A DNA stretch of 64,000 nucleotides from the human T2T-CHM13v2.0 reference genome, Homo sapiens: the NCBI RefSeq assembly GCF_009914755.1, contig NC_060928.1; one strand, 5' to 3'. The number at the start of each line of letters is the position of its first letter. Position 1 is the first letter of the stretch. The notes beneath the pieces are model-generated. The model was not told where the DNA came from, ran no database searches, and saw only the letters and a list, made by a program, of their open reading frames with translations. Below are positions 40,537 through 53,529 of the stretch, piece by piece. The position numbers and the translations under genes are program-made.

Positions 40537-43404
40537 TCACCACTCTGTCTCTTTTGGTTGGGAAATTTTATCTGTTTACATTCAGGTTTATTGTTGATAA
40601 GTAGAGAAATATTCCTCTCATTTTGTTAATTGTTTTCTGGTTGTCTTGTAGATTTTTGTTCCTCTTATTCTCTTGCTGTTGGCCTCTCTAATTTGGTGGT
40701 TTTCTGTATGCTCAGCTTTGTTTCCTTTCTTTGCTTCATCCATACATTGGCTGTAATTTCTTTCTTTATGCTTAACATGTGGCTAACGTAGAGTCTTGTA
40801 GTTATAATAGACTATTGTAAACCTATATGTTGTTGTTTTTACCATTTGACTTTAAATCTTCATACTAGAGGCCTGAAAGATTTACATAGCACCATAATAT
40901 CACTGAAAACTTCTGAGTTTGATTTATGCATTTATTTCTATTGGTATTATACTTTCATGTGTGTTCATGATAGCAATTACATCTTTACTGAATATAGTAC
41001 TATTGGCTGGCGTTTTTTTTTCTTTTGGCACTTCTAATATATCACTTTACTCTCTCTTGGCCTATAAGGTTTCTGTTGAGCCCCTGTACATGATTTCATG
41101 CTTTTCTCTTTAGCTTTTGGAATTATCTCTTTATCTTGTCTTTGACTTTTGGCAGTTTCATTATAATGTGACCTCAAGGGTAACTTTTTGAGTGCTATGT
41201 CTTTGTAGACCCTCACTTTTCCTGGATCTGAATGCCCATATTTCCCCAAGACTTAGAAAGTCTTTACCTATTATCTTATTAAACTGGTTTTTCATGCCTT
41301 TCTCCCTTTCATCTCCCTCTGACAATTCTATAGCATGAATATTTGTTTGCATAATGTTGTCCTAGAGGTCTTATAGTCTTTTTCATTCTTTTTAAATTGT
41401 TATTTTTTTTCTTTCTGACTGGGCTATTTCAAAAAACTTGTCTTTAACTCTAAAAATTCTTTCTTTTGTTTTATCTAGATTGTTATTGAAGTTCTCGATT
41501 GCATTTTTAAAATTTCTATTTTTGAATTATTCAGCTCCAAGACTTTTGTTTATTTTTATATAATACTTATCTCTGTTGCATTTCTCATTCAAATAATGAA
41601 CTGTTTTCTAATTTCATTGAAATTTTGTTTATGTTCTCTTGTATCTCACTGAGTTTTCTGAAGATCATTATTTTAGAATTGTTTTTCAGGCACTTTGTAA
41701 ATATCTTTTTCTTTGAGTTCTGTTACTGGAGACTTATTGTGCTCCATTGGAGATGCTATTTTTCCTTCTTTTTCCATGTTTCCTGTGTCTCTATGTTGAT
41801 ATCTATGCATCTAGTGGAAGGGTTGTTTTTTTCTAATTTTATGGAGTACATCATATGTGGGTCCTGTGGGTTCTTTGGGTATGGTGCATTGGCTTTGGTT
41901 TCAGTTGGACTCAGTAGTGTGGTCTCCATACAATTTCTTCTATTGTGATCCTCATTGGTGGTGTCTGGGATTGCCTCAATGACTTAAGCTACAGAAGTTC
42001 GTGATAGTGGTGACATGTTTTTGCTGGGGATGAGGGCACCAGGTTGGATTTCTAGCCCAGTGTAAGTGGGCATGGAGAGCCAACAGGCCATCTGGTGAGC
42101 TCTCTTTGTGGAGCTGGGTTACCACTGGACTGACTGTCGAGCTATGTATACACAAGCAGGCTGGCTAGTTGTGTGGTAGTCTTTCCAGAAAATCAGGGCA
42201 AGTGCGGTGGCATGGTTGACTGTTCAACAGCTTCCCTTCTATGCAGATCCACCAGTTTTCTGTGGAAAGGTTGTGGAGGTATTGTATAGATTTAGATGCT
42301 AGGATCTCAATAATTCTATCAGATCCAAGCTGTAGGCAGCCAAGAGCATGGTGTTCCAGACATTCACGGAAATGTGATGGAATGACAGCAGGCACTCAAA
42401 GCTGAAAACAGTCAGTGGCCCCTGGTCCCCAGAGCAGGATACGCTTTAGTAGTTTGTCCGGTTTCAAGATGGCGCTGTGCCAGATCAGCTTAAGAGTGGA
42501 GGCAAAGGGTGCTCAATGTGGGCTCCTTTTCTAAGACAATGCAGCCACAAAACCTCTCAAATACTCTCCAAACTGGATTGGAGGCCTGTGAAGAATGGGA
42601 GACCCTCCTGAATAAAAGGAGGAAACAGTAGAGGGTTCTGGGGGAAAAAAAGACACAGATGGAGCAGCAAAAGTTACTGATAGATATCAGAATTCAGTCA
42701 AGAACTGAAAAAAACAAACCAAACAAAGTTTGACATAGAAGTAGGGAGAAAGACTTTATTGCTGTGTACAAAAGTTTCTCATTCTCTTGGAGACATAAGG
42801 GAACAAATTCCACTCTTGTGCCTTTTTCATAAAGCACGGAACTTTCAGGCTATAGACACAAACTCTTGGCCAGCACTCTCTCTAGTGGTGGACCTATGAA
42901 CTACCCCTCTGCACTTTTCTCAATTCCATGAAAATGCAGAAGACATCCAGTATTTAATAGTTGTTTATTACATCTGGGGAAAGAGAAATACATCCATAAT
43001 ATTGCATATCCACATATAAAATATAGATGTATTCATATGTATAAAAATCCATACATATATATTATATATATCATACAAATATATTATATTATATTTATAT
43101 AATATATCCAATATTTTGGATATGTGTGTGTGCATATATCATGCATATATATATATATGTATTTCCAATAAAGAAAGTAATTTCCAATAAAGTAAGCATT
43201 TCCAATAAAGACAAAATTATATCCATGAGATCCCACCTAATAGGAAGAAGTGGCCCCTGCAGAGAACAAACTTGCAAAAATGTTCAGGGACCCAGAAATC
43301 AATGATAAGGGAAAGGATCTGGAACAGGCAATGTATAATTTGCTACCTTGAATTCTGATAGTTCACATAAGCAGTCTATGCCTCAGTTTCCTTAACTGAT
43401 CTAT

Positions 43405-43535
43405 TTGGATTGATCATATGTCCCAGCTTGCCTGGGACAGTTTTGGTTATGCCAATTGTCCCATATAATTATTAAAAATTCTGATTTTACTCTCTAAAGT
43501 GTCCCATTTGGGTGATGAATGATATGGTCACCCTA
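43405..43535. mobile_element. MER94-like hAT-Blackjack MITE
   Basis: 'gatcatatgtcccagcttgcctgggacag...aaagtgtccc...atatggtcaccctag'. Confidence 0.75.
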
Positions 43536-44624
43536 GTTATGTGATCCAAGGGTACTTTTTATATACTTTCATGGGGAGAAACGATTAAGCATGGAGCAAT
43601 TGAGGTACAGCCAGGGGTCAAGTGCTTGGTACTCAGTGCATTTTTAAACTAAGGTTTTGTCTGTGGAGCTAATTTCACCAATGATCGTTAAATGTCTCTT
43701 TGTATCTTCAACATGTTATGAAGATGAGAGAATGGAGAGAGTATAAGCTCTGGATCTTATCAAATTAATAAAGTTAATACTACCCAGAAAGCAGGAAAAC
43801 CCTCTTGTATTACACATTTCTTTGCATTTTCTGGCCTCTTGAAATCCTTAAAAACATTTAAAATCTTTCACAAATAACTGAGAAACATTGACAGTTCCAC
43901 TATATTATAAAAAGGTATGGAAAAGGACAGAAAGCAATGATAACGAATGCATCATAATTTGGGTTTGGGTTAAGCTGGGCATTCCTACAGCCGCGCATTT
44001 TATTTCTATAAAAATACACATATGAAACAACTTTAATGTCAAATAACAAGTGATTGGAGGAGTGATTATAGAGCATCCATACAATGCAACATATTGCAGC
44101 CACTAAAAATGATAGCATGCAGTTATATTTATTGACATGGAAAAGAGCTCATAGCATACCATCAAGTGAAAAAAGCTATTGCTGACAAGCAGGTGCAATA
44201 TTATTGTAAATTTATGTACAATTACATAATATATAGTTGTATGTGTTTACATGGTTTAGAAATGTCTAAAGTGTTCATCCACATATTAATAGTGATTATC
44301 TCTGGGTGGGGTGATTGCAGAGGACTTTTATTTCCTTTCTATTTTTTAAACAATGAACATGTTTCCTTTTAAAAAACATAAAACATACAATTTACATGAA
44401 ATTACAAAAGGAATTTCTCTTAAACTATAATTCAGAGGTTGAAATACTTATGCACAGATGATGAGAATAGGCATTGATATACGAAAGCTAAATAGTCAGA
44501 ACCTACACACAATTAGAGCTCTTTCTACCGTCAGTATCTGCGCCTTCCTGTAGCCCCATTTCTTGTAACTACCCCCCCAACACCACCAAGAAAAAACAGA
44601 CCCTAAATGTAGCACCACAATTCC

Positions 44625-45111
44625 TGTGGTGCCAGTCTTAAAAAAGGTGCCAAATGGCCCCGTCCCCTGATTTAATACCTTTGTGCAAACCTGTCCCATC
44701 TCATGTGAGCTGGACTTGGTGACTAACTTCAGTCAATAGAATTAAACAGAAATCACATGCGTAAAATAGAAACTAGGTCATAAAAGTAGTATGACATCAC
44801 CCGGAATCTCTCTATTGCTCTAGTTGTCATGTCAAAAAACTACTTAGACAGACTATGAAGAGATACATAGGGTGAGAAACGGAGGCCTTCAGCCAACAGC
44901 TGGGAGAAGCTGAGTCCCATCAGCCATTCAAAAGACTGCAGCCCCAGCCAAGAGTTTGATGTAACCTCAGGAGAGACCCTGAGCCAGAACCACCTAGGTA
45001 AGCCACTCCCGGATTCGTGACCCACAAAATGATGTGGGATAATAGATGTTTGTTGCCACATGCTGGTAAATTTTGGCAAAATCTATTACAGAACAATGGA
45101 TAATCAATACA
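44625..45111 (+). mobile_element. MLT1F-like solo LTR
   Basis: 'gactgcagccccagcc...gagaccctgagccagaaccacc...ggataatcaataca'. Confidence 0.8.
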
Positions 45112-45874
45112 GTTTTAAACTTATTTGAGAAGTTCTGTCTCAGGAACAAGTAGCTAAGGAACCCTAATCTCAGCCAGCCTTTCCTTCCATGCCAGGCTCA
45201 CTTGCTTCTGCACTGATAAAAAGATTCCTTGAATCAGCTGTTATGTGGTGGTTTTTTTTCTTTAATATCAATCATGTTTCTTGTTCTTGGCACTTAGTAT
45301 CCAAGTCGGATATCTCAAAGACAAGTGACAGTTGTTTTTAGGTTGAAACTTTGCCTGAAATAGGGATTCCAGATGCACTGCTTGTTCTGATCTCTGAGTC
45401 CTGACTGTTCTTGCATTTAGTTGGTACTTCCTGAATTTTCTGGGCAGAGACCCATGTACTACCTGGACATCTTCCTTTGGCCAGTGATACCACAGTACAC
45501 ATTTGTAAGCACCATTTCTCTAAAACAGTGCAAGTGGGGGGAGCATTTATTGACTGTCAGTGTTTTAGATATGACTTAATTTAATTATTCAAAATGCTCT
45601 GAAAAGAAGTATTTTCATTTTATAGACAAACATTGAAGGTTCAGAAAGGGTAAAAAAATGTCCTGGATTATGGAGTTCGTAAATGCAAACTCATATTTTT
45701 AACTCATACATATTTGACTCGTATACGCATGTACTTAACCCAAATAATGCATGGTCTCCCTAACAAATAGTTCTTTGTGGTAAGCCAAGGGGGAAAAAAT
45801 CTTTCTGACAGCCTCCTTAGCTGCTTCCCTGAGATCCTTTCACCTGTATATTCATTCCTCTTCAGTGGTCATGA

Positions 45875-46139
45875 TGTGTCTGGAGTTGGTTCCTTCCGGT
45901 GGGTTCTTGGTCTCTCTGACTTCAAGAATGAAGCCGAGGACCTTCGCAGTGAGTTTTAAATCTCTTAAGGGTGGGACGGACCCAAAGAGTGAGCAGCAGC
46001 GAGATTTATTGTGAAGAGCAGAAGAACAAAGCTTCCACAGCGTGGAAGGGGACCCAAGCGGGTTGCCGCTGGGTCCGCGGCTTCATTCTTGAAGTCAGTG
46101 AGACCAAGAACCCACTGGAAGGAACCAACTCCGGACACA
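45875..46139. mobile_element. LTR12 (HERV9)-derived mini-element: reverse U5/R segment (45875-46071) fused to a forward U5 end (46072-46139)
   Basis: LTR12 3' terminus 'ggtccgcggcttcattcttgaagtcagtgagaccaagaaccc...ccggacaca' occurs at both ends in inverted orientation. Confidence 0.9.
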
Positions 46140-47399
46140 GTGACAAACCTGACCACAGCAAGGAAAACATTACTATTATTCATGCCACTGGCAGGTGGGG
46201 TCTGGAATTGTTTTGCATGACACTTTCCCGGTAGATGCTCCTCCTGGGCCTATTCTAGTATATCACTATGCTACCTGTCCACCAAAGTTTATCCACGTGC
46301 AGCTTCTTCCTCAGCTTTACAGTAGGGACTCTGTTCCCCTGCTAGGACGGAAGTCTTCCATGTCCCAATCACCTGATTTAAAACTCTGACAAGCTATATG
46401 GCCAAGTCCTTTTCCTGGGTGGGTATTGACCTTGGCTTCCAGACACCTTTCCCCCTTGATTTATTTCCAAGAATGAACAAAGAAGAGCAGATCAGGTACA
46501 AATAGACACAATCGTAATATTGTCACTGACTGCAGCTTCTGTGTAGTTCTATCCCACACACTGTATTCATTATCCCTTTATCATCTTGGGGTCATTTTCA
46601 TCGCATTAAACCCCTAAACTAATTGTCCTAAACTTTAGTGTGCATGAGATTCATCTACTCCACTACTTCTTGCTTCTACGAACTTGGAGAAGACAAAGTT
46701 CTTATCTAATCCTCAGGTTCTTTTTGTAGTGGTGATTTTTAATGAGAACTATCCTATAATGTGGCTATAAAAATTAAATGAGATAATCCATGGGAAGCAT
46801 TTGGTATGCCTCAAGACAAATAGCAAATGATAGTGTTCTTTGTTATTAAAAGGCACAGGTGGGGACTTCAGATGCCCATTTTTAATAAGCAACTCTAGCG
46901 ATTACAACACAAATTGCCATTAGAGCATACTATAAGAATTACTAACAGAATATAACTAAATCTTGTTTGGTTATTTTGATATTATTGATCTTATGCATTC
47001 TCTAGTTTCTCTTCTCCTTAACCTTTGCATCTAACTCACCAGGGAATGTTCTCTCTCTTTTCAGAATTTTCCGCTTTATTTCTGAGATGCTAAATGTCTC
47101 TCGCAAGAGATTTTATTTATTTTTTATTTTTTTTATTTTTTTCAGACTGACAACCTGGCAATAGTGACTGCATGGAAAGTGGCCTGCAGCTCTAACCCAT
47201 ATTCCATCAGAGCCCTTTCCTCTAGAGTTAGTCCATAATCTGTATTGGCTGTTGTTTTTTCCATATCCACTCATATAACAAATATTTCAGGATGTAAAGT
47301 ACATCTTTTTCTGGAATAAGAGCCCAAAGATTATGAGCTACTTGTTAGTCATGGAAATGTCTGTGGTTTAGTATTAAATTTCAAGACAAACAAAAGGCA

Positions 47400-50300
47400 C
47401 TTCCATTTTGGTTATGATGGATAATGGATTTTGGAATTATTCTTTGCTTGTACAAACAACAGTGGCATGAAAAATGGGACAAATAAATGGAACTAGTTTA
47501 GGTCTTGGCAACAGAGATCTCAGAATGCATGTTGTTTTTAAATGTCAGAAACATTCATCACGATAGCCCTTATATTGGAAAATAAAACGTTACAATAATC
47601 TTTAAAATTAAAGCAAACATAGTGACTATAATAAAATTGCATTAGAAGCCAATTAAATATTTCTAAAAAATACCCAAAATATTTAGTAATAAGTTGGAAC
47701 AAAGCAATAATCTGTAATAGTATTATTTATAATTAAATCAATATTAAATACTAAATAATGCAAGATAAAATAATAATTACATATAATTTCCAATAGTATA
47801 AAATGACTATAATATTTAGATAAAATTTGTGGAATTAAGCTGAAGTATTGCTTGGAGAAAAATCTATAACTTCAAATGACTTGATTAAAAAAGAAGAAAG
47901 GTTTAAGATTAATAATGTAAGTTTAAACATTAAGAAACTAGGAAAAGAAAGGTAAATTGATATTAAATAAAAGGAAGGAAATAATAAGGATAAAAATAAA
48001 GACACATAAACAAGAATAGCAAATAGTCAACAAAAACAAAACGTCATCCATTGAAAGGACCAATAAGATTAATACACCTCTAGATTAAATGATCAAGAAA
48101 AGAAAGAGAGAAAACGCAAATTATCAATATCAGGAATGAAGGAGAAAACATCTCCAAGAATTCTAACAATATTACAAGAATCTGAAAAGATAATTATGAA
48201 ATCTTTTGTGCCAATAAACTCTTCAACTTAAATTAAATAGAAAAATTCCCTAAAGTCATATTCTCAAAACTGTCTCAAGACAAAATAGAAAAAGCTGTGT
48301 GCCTATTAAAGAAAGCTAGTTTCTAGTTAAACATATTTTAGTCAAGGAAACTCTAGGCATACATAGCTTCCTTGATATATTCAGGCAAATATTTAAAGTA
48401 CTGCATATCTGTTTTTAAGAAGATAGAGAAGGAAGCACTTTCCAATTCATTTTTTGTACTATCATTACTGTGACAGCAAAACCAGACAGGTATTACAATG
48501 AAGGAAATCTCGAGACGGATCTCTCTCAGGAGCAGATGCAAAAATTCTTAACAAAATAAATATTAACAAATCATATCTGATAATAGACTGTAATCAAGTC
48601 ACATTTATTCAAGGCATGCAAGGTTGGTTTAACATTGCAAAGTGAATCAATATACATTACCATATTAACAGATTAAGAAAATAATGTATTTAGTCATTTC
48701 AATAAATGCAGAAATATTATTTAATACAAATTCTCAGCAAACTTAGAATAAATGAGGACTTCCTCAGCCTGATAAAGACATGTATAAATAATCTTCAGCT
48801 AAGATCTTATTTAATAGTGAAACCAAAATAAAAAACAGGACAATAATATCCATCCATTAAGAGGGATATTGCTTTCCCCATTGTGTTGGAGCACCTGGCC
48901 AGTACAATAAGAAAACAAACAAGCAAACAAATAGTATGTGTAGTTTTTGCAATAACATAAAGATGATAAAGGTTAGGAATAAGCTAAGGGATAGATTTAT
49001 AAGAACTTAATAAAAAGTATAAAGCATTGCTGAAATAAATTTAAAAACTCAAATAAATGCAGAAATATACCATATTCACAGTTTTGAAGATTGAATATTG
49101 TTCCTGGGTTGGTTCTTTTCAGAATGATAAATAGATTTTGTACAACACTCATAAAATTACAGTAGAGTTTTGCCACAGTGATTTGAAAGTCATATGTTCA
49201 TTGTAAAAGTCATGTATTAATTTCAAAAGTTATAATTGCCAAAACTGTTTTAAAAAGGAAAAAAATTGAATTTAATATAAAGCTTCAGTGATCAAGGGAG
49301 TGCGAATTTTGCATAAAGATAAACAAATAATAGATTAACGTAACAGATTATAGTTTCTACAAATATACCTATAATTATCAAGTTAATTCTCAACAAAAGG
49401 CAACAAACCAATTCAATGAAGAAAATTAACATTTTAAATAAGTTATGTAGAATCAAATTGATAGCCCTAGGGAAAAACTATTCTCAACCGTTGGTTCATC
49501 CTAGGTGCAAGAGTAAATTTGAATGGATCTGATGCATTAATTTTAAGGTTAAAATTATGGTTTCTAGAGGAAAACAGGAAAGACATCTTTGTGATCGAGA
49601 CAAAGTAGAAAAAGACTTTTTTGAAATCACAGTTCCATAAAACATTAAAAAGTGATGAATTGAACTTTATAAAAATTAAATTCCACAGTTCATCAAATGA
49701 ATCTTTATAAAATTAAAATGTATCATTAGCACAGATATCTGAGAAAGGACTTTTTCCAGAAAAAAAGAACTCCTGCAATTTAAAAAAAGGGGAATGATAC
49801 CTAAAGCCAATAAGCACATTACATTTTTTAATGTGCTCAGCATTATTAGTCAAAAGGGAAATACAAATTCAAATCAAATTATGATATCATACAAATCCAC
49901 AGGAATAGCTAAAGCCACTACACCAAAATGCTGATGAGAATGTGGAGCTATAAAAACTGTTTTGTTTTTTTTTTTGAGAATGTAAAACATTATAAGCATT
50001 TTGCAGTACTCTGGTAGTTTCTTACAAAGGTAAATATTCAGTGATCAAACTATTCCACTACTAGTTATTTAAACAAGAGAAACCAAAACAAATACCACAA
50101 TAAGACCTTTATGAGAATGTTCAGAGCAGCTTTATTCATAATATAAAAATAAAACTAAAAATAATTCAAATATCTATTAACAAGACAATGAATAAATAAA
50201 GGATGATATATTTATAAAATGAAATACCATTCAGGAATATCAATATTTGTATGAATGAAATGACATGGGTGAATCTTAAAAACGTGATGTTGAGCTAATA

Positions 50301-50572
50301 CATTCTGACCAAAACAGTACGTATTGTAAGATTTCATTTATTTGAAATTCTATTATAGGCAAAGCTTAATTTATGGAGATAGAAATCAGAGTAGCAGTTG
50401 CCCCTGGGTGGGAGTTTGAAGCCAGACTGCCTTGGGATGTGGCAGAGAGTCCAGGCTTTCCGAGATGTTGCAAATGTTCTCTTCTGACTGGGGAGAGGTT
50501 ATATGAGTATATGCATATGTTAAAACATATTGCAATGTAAATTTAAATTCTGTGTATTCCACTCTATGTAAC
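47400..50572 (+). mobile_element. Old, fragmented L1M (L1MC/ME-like)
   Basis: A-rich decayed ORF2 ('aggcatgcaaggttggtttaacatt', 'aatatcaggaatgaa') and 3' UTR ('gatagaaatcagagtagcagttgccc'). Confidence 0.75.
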
Positions 50573-50962
50573 TATATTGGTGTACTTACTCTGTCATAAG
50601 AGAATACCATAGACTGAGTGGGTTAAACAACAGAAATTTATTTTCTCACGGTTCTGGAAGTCAGAAGTTCAAGAACAAGGTGCCTTCAGAGTTGGTGTCT
50701 GATGAGGCCACTCTGTCTGACCTTTGCTGTGTGCACACTAGGGAGAGAGAGAGCTCTAGTATCTCTTCCTCTTCTTCTAAGAACACCAGTTCTACTCAGT
50801 TAGGGACCTACTTTTATGACCTCATTCTACCTCACCTTCTTAAAGACTGTACCTACAAAAATCAAAAAAGAAAAAGAAAAAAACTTTATCTTCAAAAAAG
50901 TCACACAGAGAGCTAGAGGTTCAACATATGAATTTAGGAGAGACACAATTTAGTTCATGGCA
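50573..50962 (-). mobile_element. MLT1A-like solo LTR with perfect 5-bp TSD
   Basis: 'ataccatagactgagtgggttaaacaacagaaatttattttctcacggttctgga'; TSD gtaac at 50568-50572 and 50963-50967. Confidence 0.87.
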
Positions 50963-51057
50963 GTAACTTATAGACTTAAAATGGAAAAAAAAGGCAGTGA
51001 AAAGATACATTTATGTTCTAAGGGAAGTTTCATTTCTAGTTATATTAAAACTAAACA

Positions 51058-51360
51058 TTATTATTATTATTTATTATTATTATTTGAGACAGTGTCTCAC
51101 ACTGTCGCCCAGGCTGAAGTACAGTAGTGCGATCTAGGCTCACTGCAGCCTCCTCCTCCTGGGTTCAAGCAATTCTCCCACATCAAGTTCCCTAGTGGCT
51201 GGGACTATAAGAATGCACCACCACACCTAGCTAATTTTTGTACTTTTTGGTAGAGACAGGATTTCACCATGTTAGCCAGGCTGGTCTCAAATTTCTGACC
51301 TTAGGTGATCCACCTGCCTTGGCCTCCCAAAGTGCTGGGATTACACACGTGAGCCTGGCC
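51058..51360 (-). mobile_element. Old Alu (AluJb/Sx-like) with (TTA)n tail
   Basis: Full dimer; TSD ctaaacatta (51051-51060) / ctaaatatta (51361-51370). Confidence 0.9.
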
Positions 51361-52159
51361 CTAAATATTAAAAATTAAAATACACTTTATTTCTAGTGAT
51401 ATAAAAATTAAAGTGATAAAACATCCAGGGTCACATATTTATCAAGTATAGTAACAAATGCTCTGAAGAATCAGTCAAAGGAAGCCGATTAAGTAGCTTG
51501 AATTCAACACAATTGAGCTGTTTCCACTATGCTGGTCTTACTGGCAATGACACTTTAGTTAAGAATGGAGTGAGGTAGATTACCTTTAAGTGAGGCTTTG
51601 ATTTTGCCAACTTAATACAGAGCCGCATCTACGACCATAAATTATACCTCTCATTAATCCATTTGTCCTTCTGACATATTAGAATGATTTTTCAAGATTC
51701 CACATCAATCACACACCTTCATGTATTACATATGTGACAAATTACTATTTGATAAAATCTAATTTAACTCCATACAGTCAATGTTCCATAGGAAATAAGC
51801 TCTTGAAGGCTGGGCAAAATTGAGAAGCTTGAAATATTATTATATGTTTTTTTCCTTCTACTCCATGGGGATCATTGTGTAAAGACCCATAGGAAATGCT
51901 TTCCCAGATGTCCTCCCAGGAATATCTCCTGTACTACAACTGGAAAAAGTAATATTCTTTCTTCTATCTTTGCATTAAACATATATTGAGCATGTTTTCT
52001 CTTTCTAAGCACTGCCAGTAGGTGCTGGTCATAAGAAATAAACACAAGTAATTTTAGCCACGAGAACACTCACACACCCATCATTCCATGAGATGTGGTG
52101 GTTTCCAGCAGAGACAAGATTGTGAAACTGTGTCTTGGGCTAGTGAGGAAAATAGATGT

Positions 52160-52259
52160 GTGAACTTTGACTGTTTGAGTAAACTGCAGTTTACTTGGTA
52201 GAGGTAGAGTGAACTTTGACTGTTTGAGTAAACTGTAGTTTACTTGGTAGAGGTAGAGT
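52160..52259. repeat. 49-bp tandem duplication (2 copies, 1 mismatch)
   Basis: gtgaactttgactgtttgagtaaactgYagtttacttggtagaggtaga, twice. Confidence 0.95.
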
Positions 52260-53529
52260 CAGAAATGGCAAGAAAATCCCAGGTGCAAGGAATAGCAGTG
52301 AAGCTTTTAAGACTTAAAAAGAGCATGGAGCATTTCTAGAATTTGGTGGCTCTGTGTGCCTTTGTGGAAGACAAGATGGGAAAGGTAGGGAGAAGACAGA
52401 ATATGTTGAACAGTGTTGAATATCATGCTTTCGTTCTTCTAGACTTTAGTGAGCTTAAGAGAATTTTTAAACTGAATTGTATCATTAGATTTTTCTCTCA
52501 GAAAGGCTGGAGTCCCAACTATAAGGAGGGTGGGGGGAAGGGATCTAGCTATAAAACCACTGTCATTGGGAAATTGGATTACATAGAGGCCAGCACTAAG
52601 GTTGTTTGCAATTATTTTATTGATTGCTTTAATACTTAGTAGACCACAAGGAATCAGCTAATGAGATAGTTACAAGGAGTATACAGAGAACACATTGACA
52701 TCTCGATAATCTAAGAGCATATAACCCATTAGTGGAGGCAGACAGGTGAATGAGTACTTAAAAATATCAGGGGCATCTTGACATTTTTTCACGATCACTT
52801 TATTTCCAATGTCTTCGGTGAGCAAAATAATACCAACTTCTCACCTTTATTAGGCATTTTGTAATTTCCAAAGCATGTCCACATACATTTTTTCACTTGA
52901 GCTTCACAAAAGCCTCTGTAATGGAGGAAGTTATCCTAGGAAGAAACTGGGGCTTATACAGAGAAAATGATTTGCATAACAGCCTAAGAGTAGTCAGGAA
53001 CAGAGTTGAAGCCAGAATGTAGTATTTATTCCAGTGCACTGCACAGCTTCTCTGTGAACTCTAGTTCAGTATTTACAATCATCTTCTTTATTTGTTTTGA
53101 ATCTTCAAATCCTGATTGTTTACCCAGCAGGTCCATTGGCCCTCTCTGACCTCTCCTTTCCCATGGGTGTGCTGGTGACTGTCAGTCTTCTAGAGCTATA
53201 CTGCTGTCCAGCCCTGCTCCATATTACTTTGTGTCTTCCCGATTCCTGTTTGTATCATCAGCCTCTGACCCACAACTTGAGCATCCCAAATCCTTGGGCC
53301 TATCTTGTGCTCCATTTGACTGTCTCCTTCTTACACCTGGACTTGACCTACTTGAAGAAAATTTTCAAGGGGTAGAGAATTTCTCCTCGAGATCAATATT
53401 TTGTTTTAACTCTAAGCCTAGGTACTCAGATCCAATCAGGTCTTCTTCTTTTGTTAATGGATCTAAAGTGCAATTGTATTATTTATAATCCTTGGCCATG
53501 CAATGTATCATTGGTCCATGGATTACACT

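Noticed and set aside
47111-47145. T-rich tract ending in CAG, a strong-looking splice acceptor
   Set aside because: No convincing downstream donor or recognisable coding sequence; could be a decayed poly(A) or low-complexity tract.
52160-52259. Palindrome-containing direct repeats as a CRISPR-like array
   Set aside because: Only two abutting copies, no spacers, no cas genes, and a eukaryotic context.
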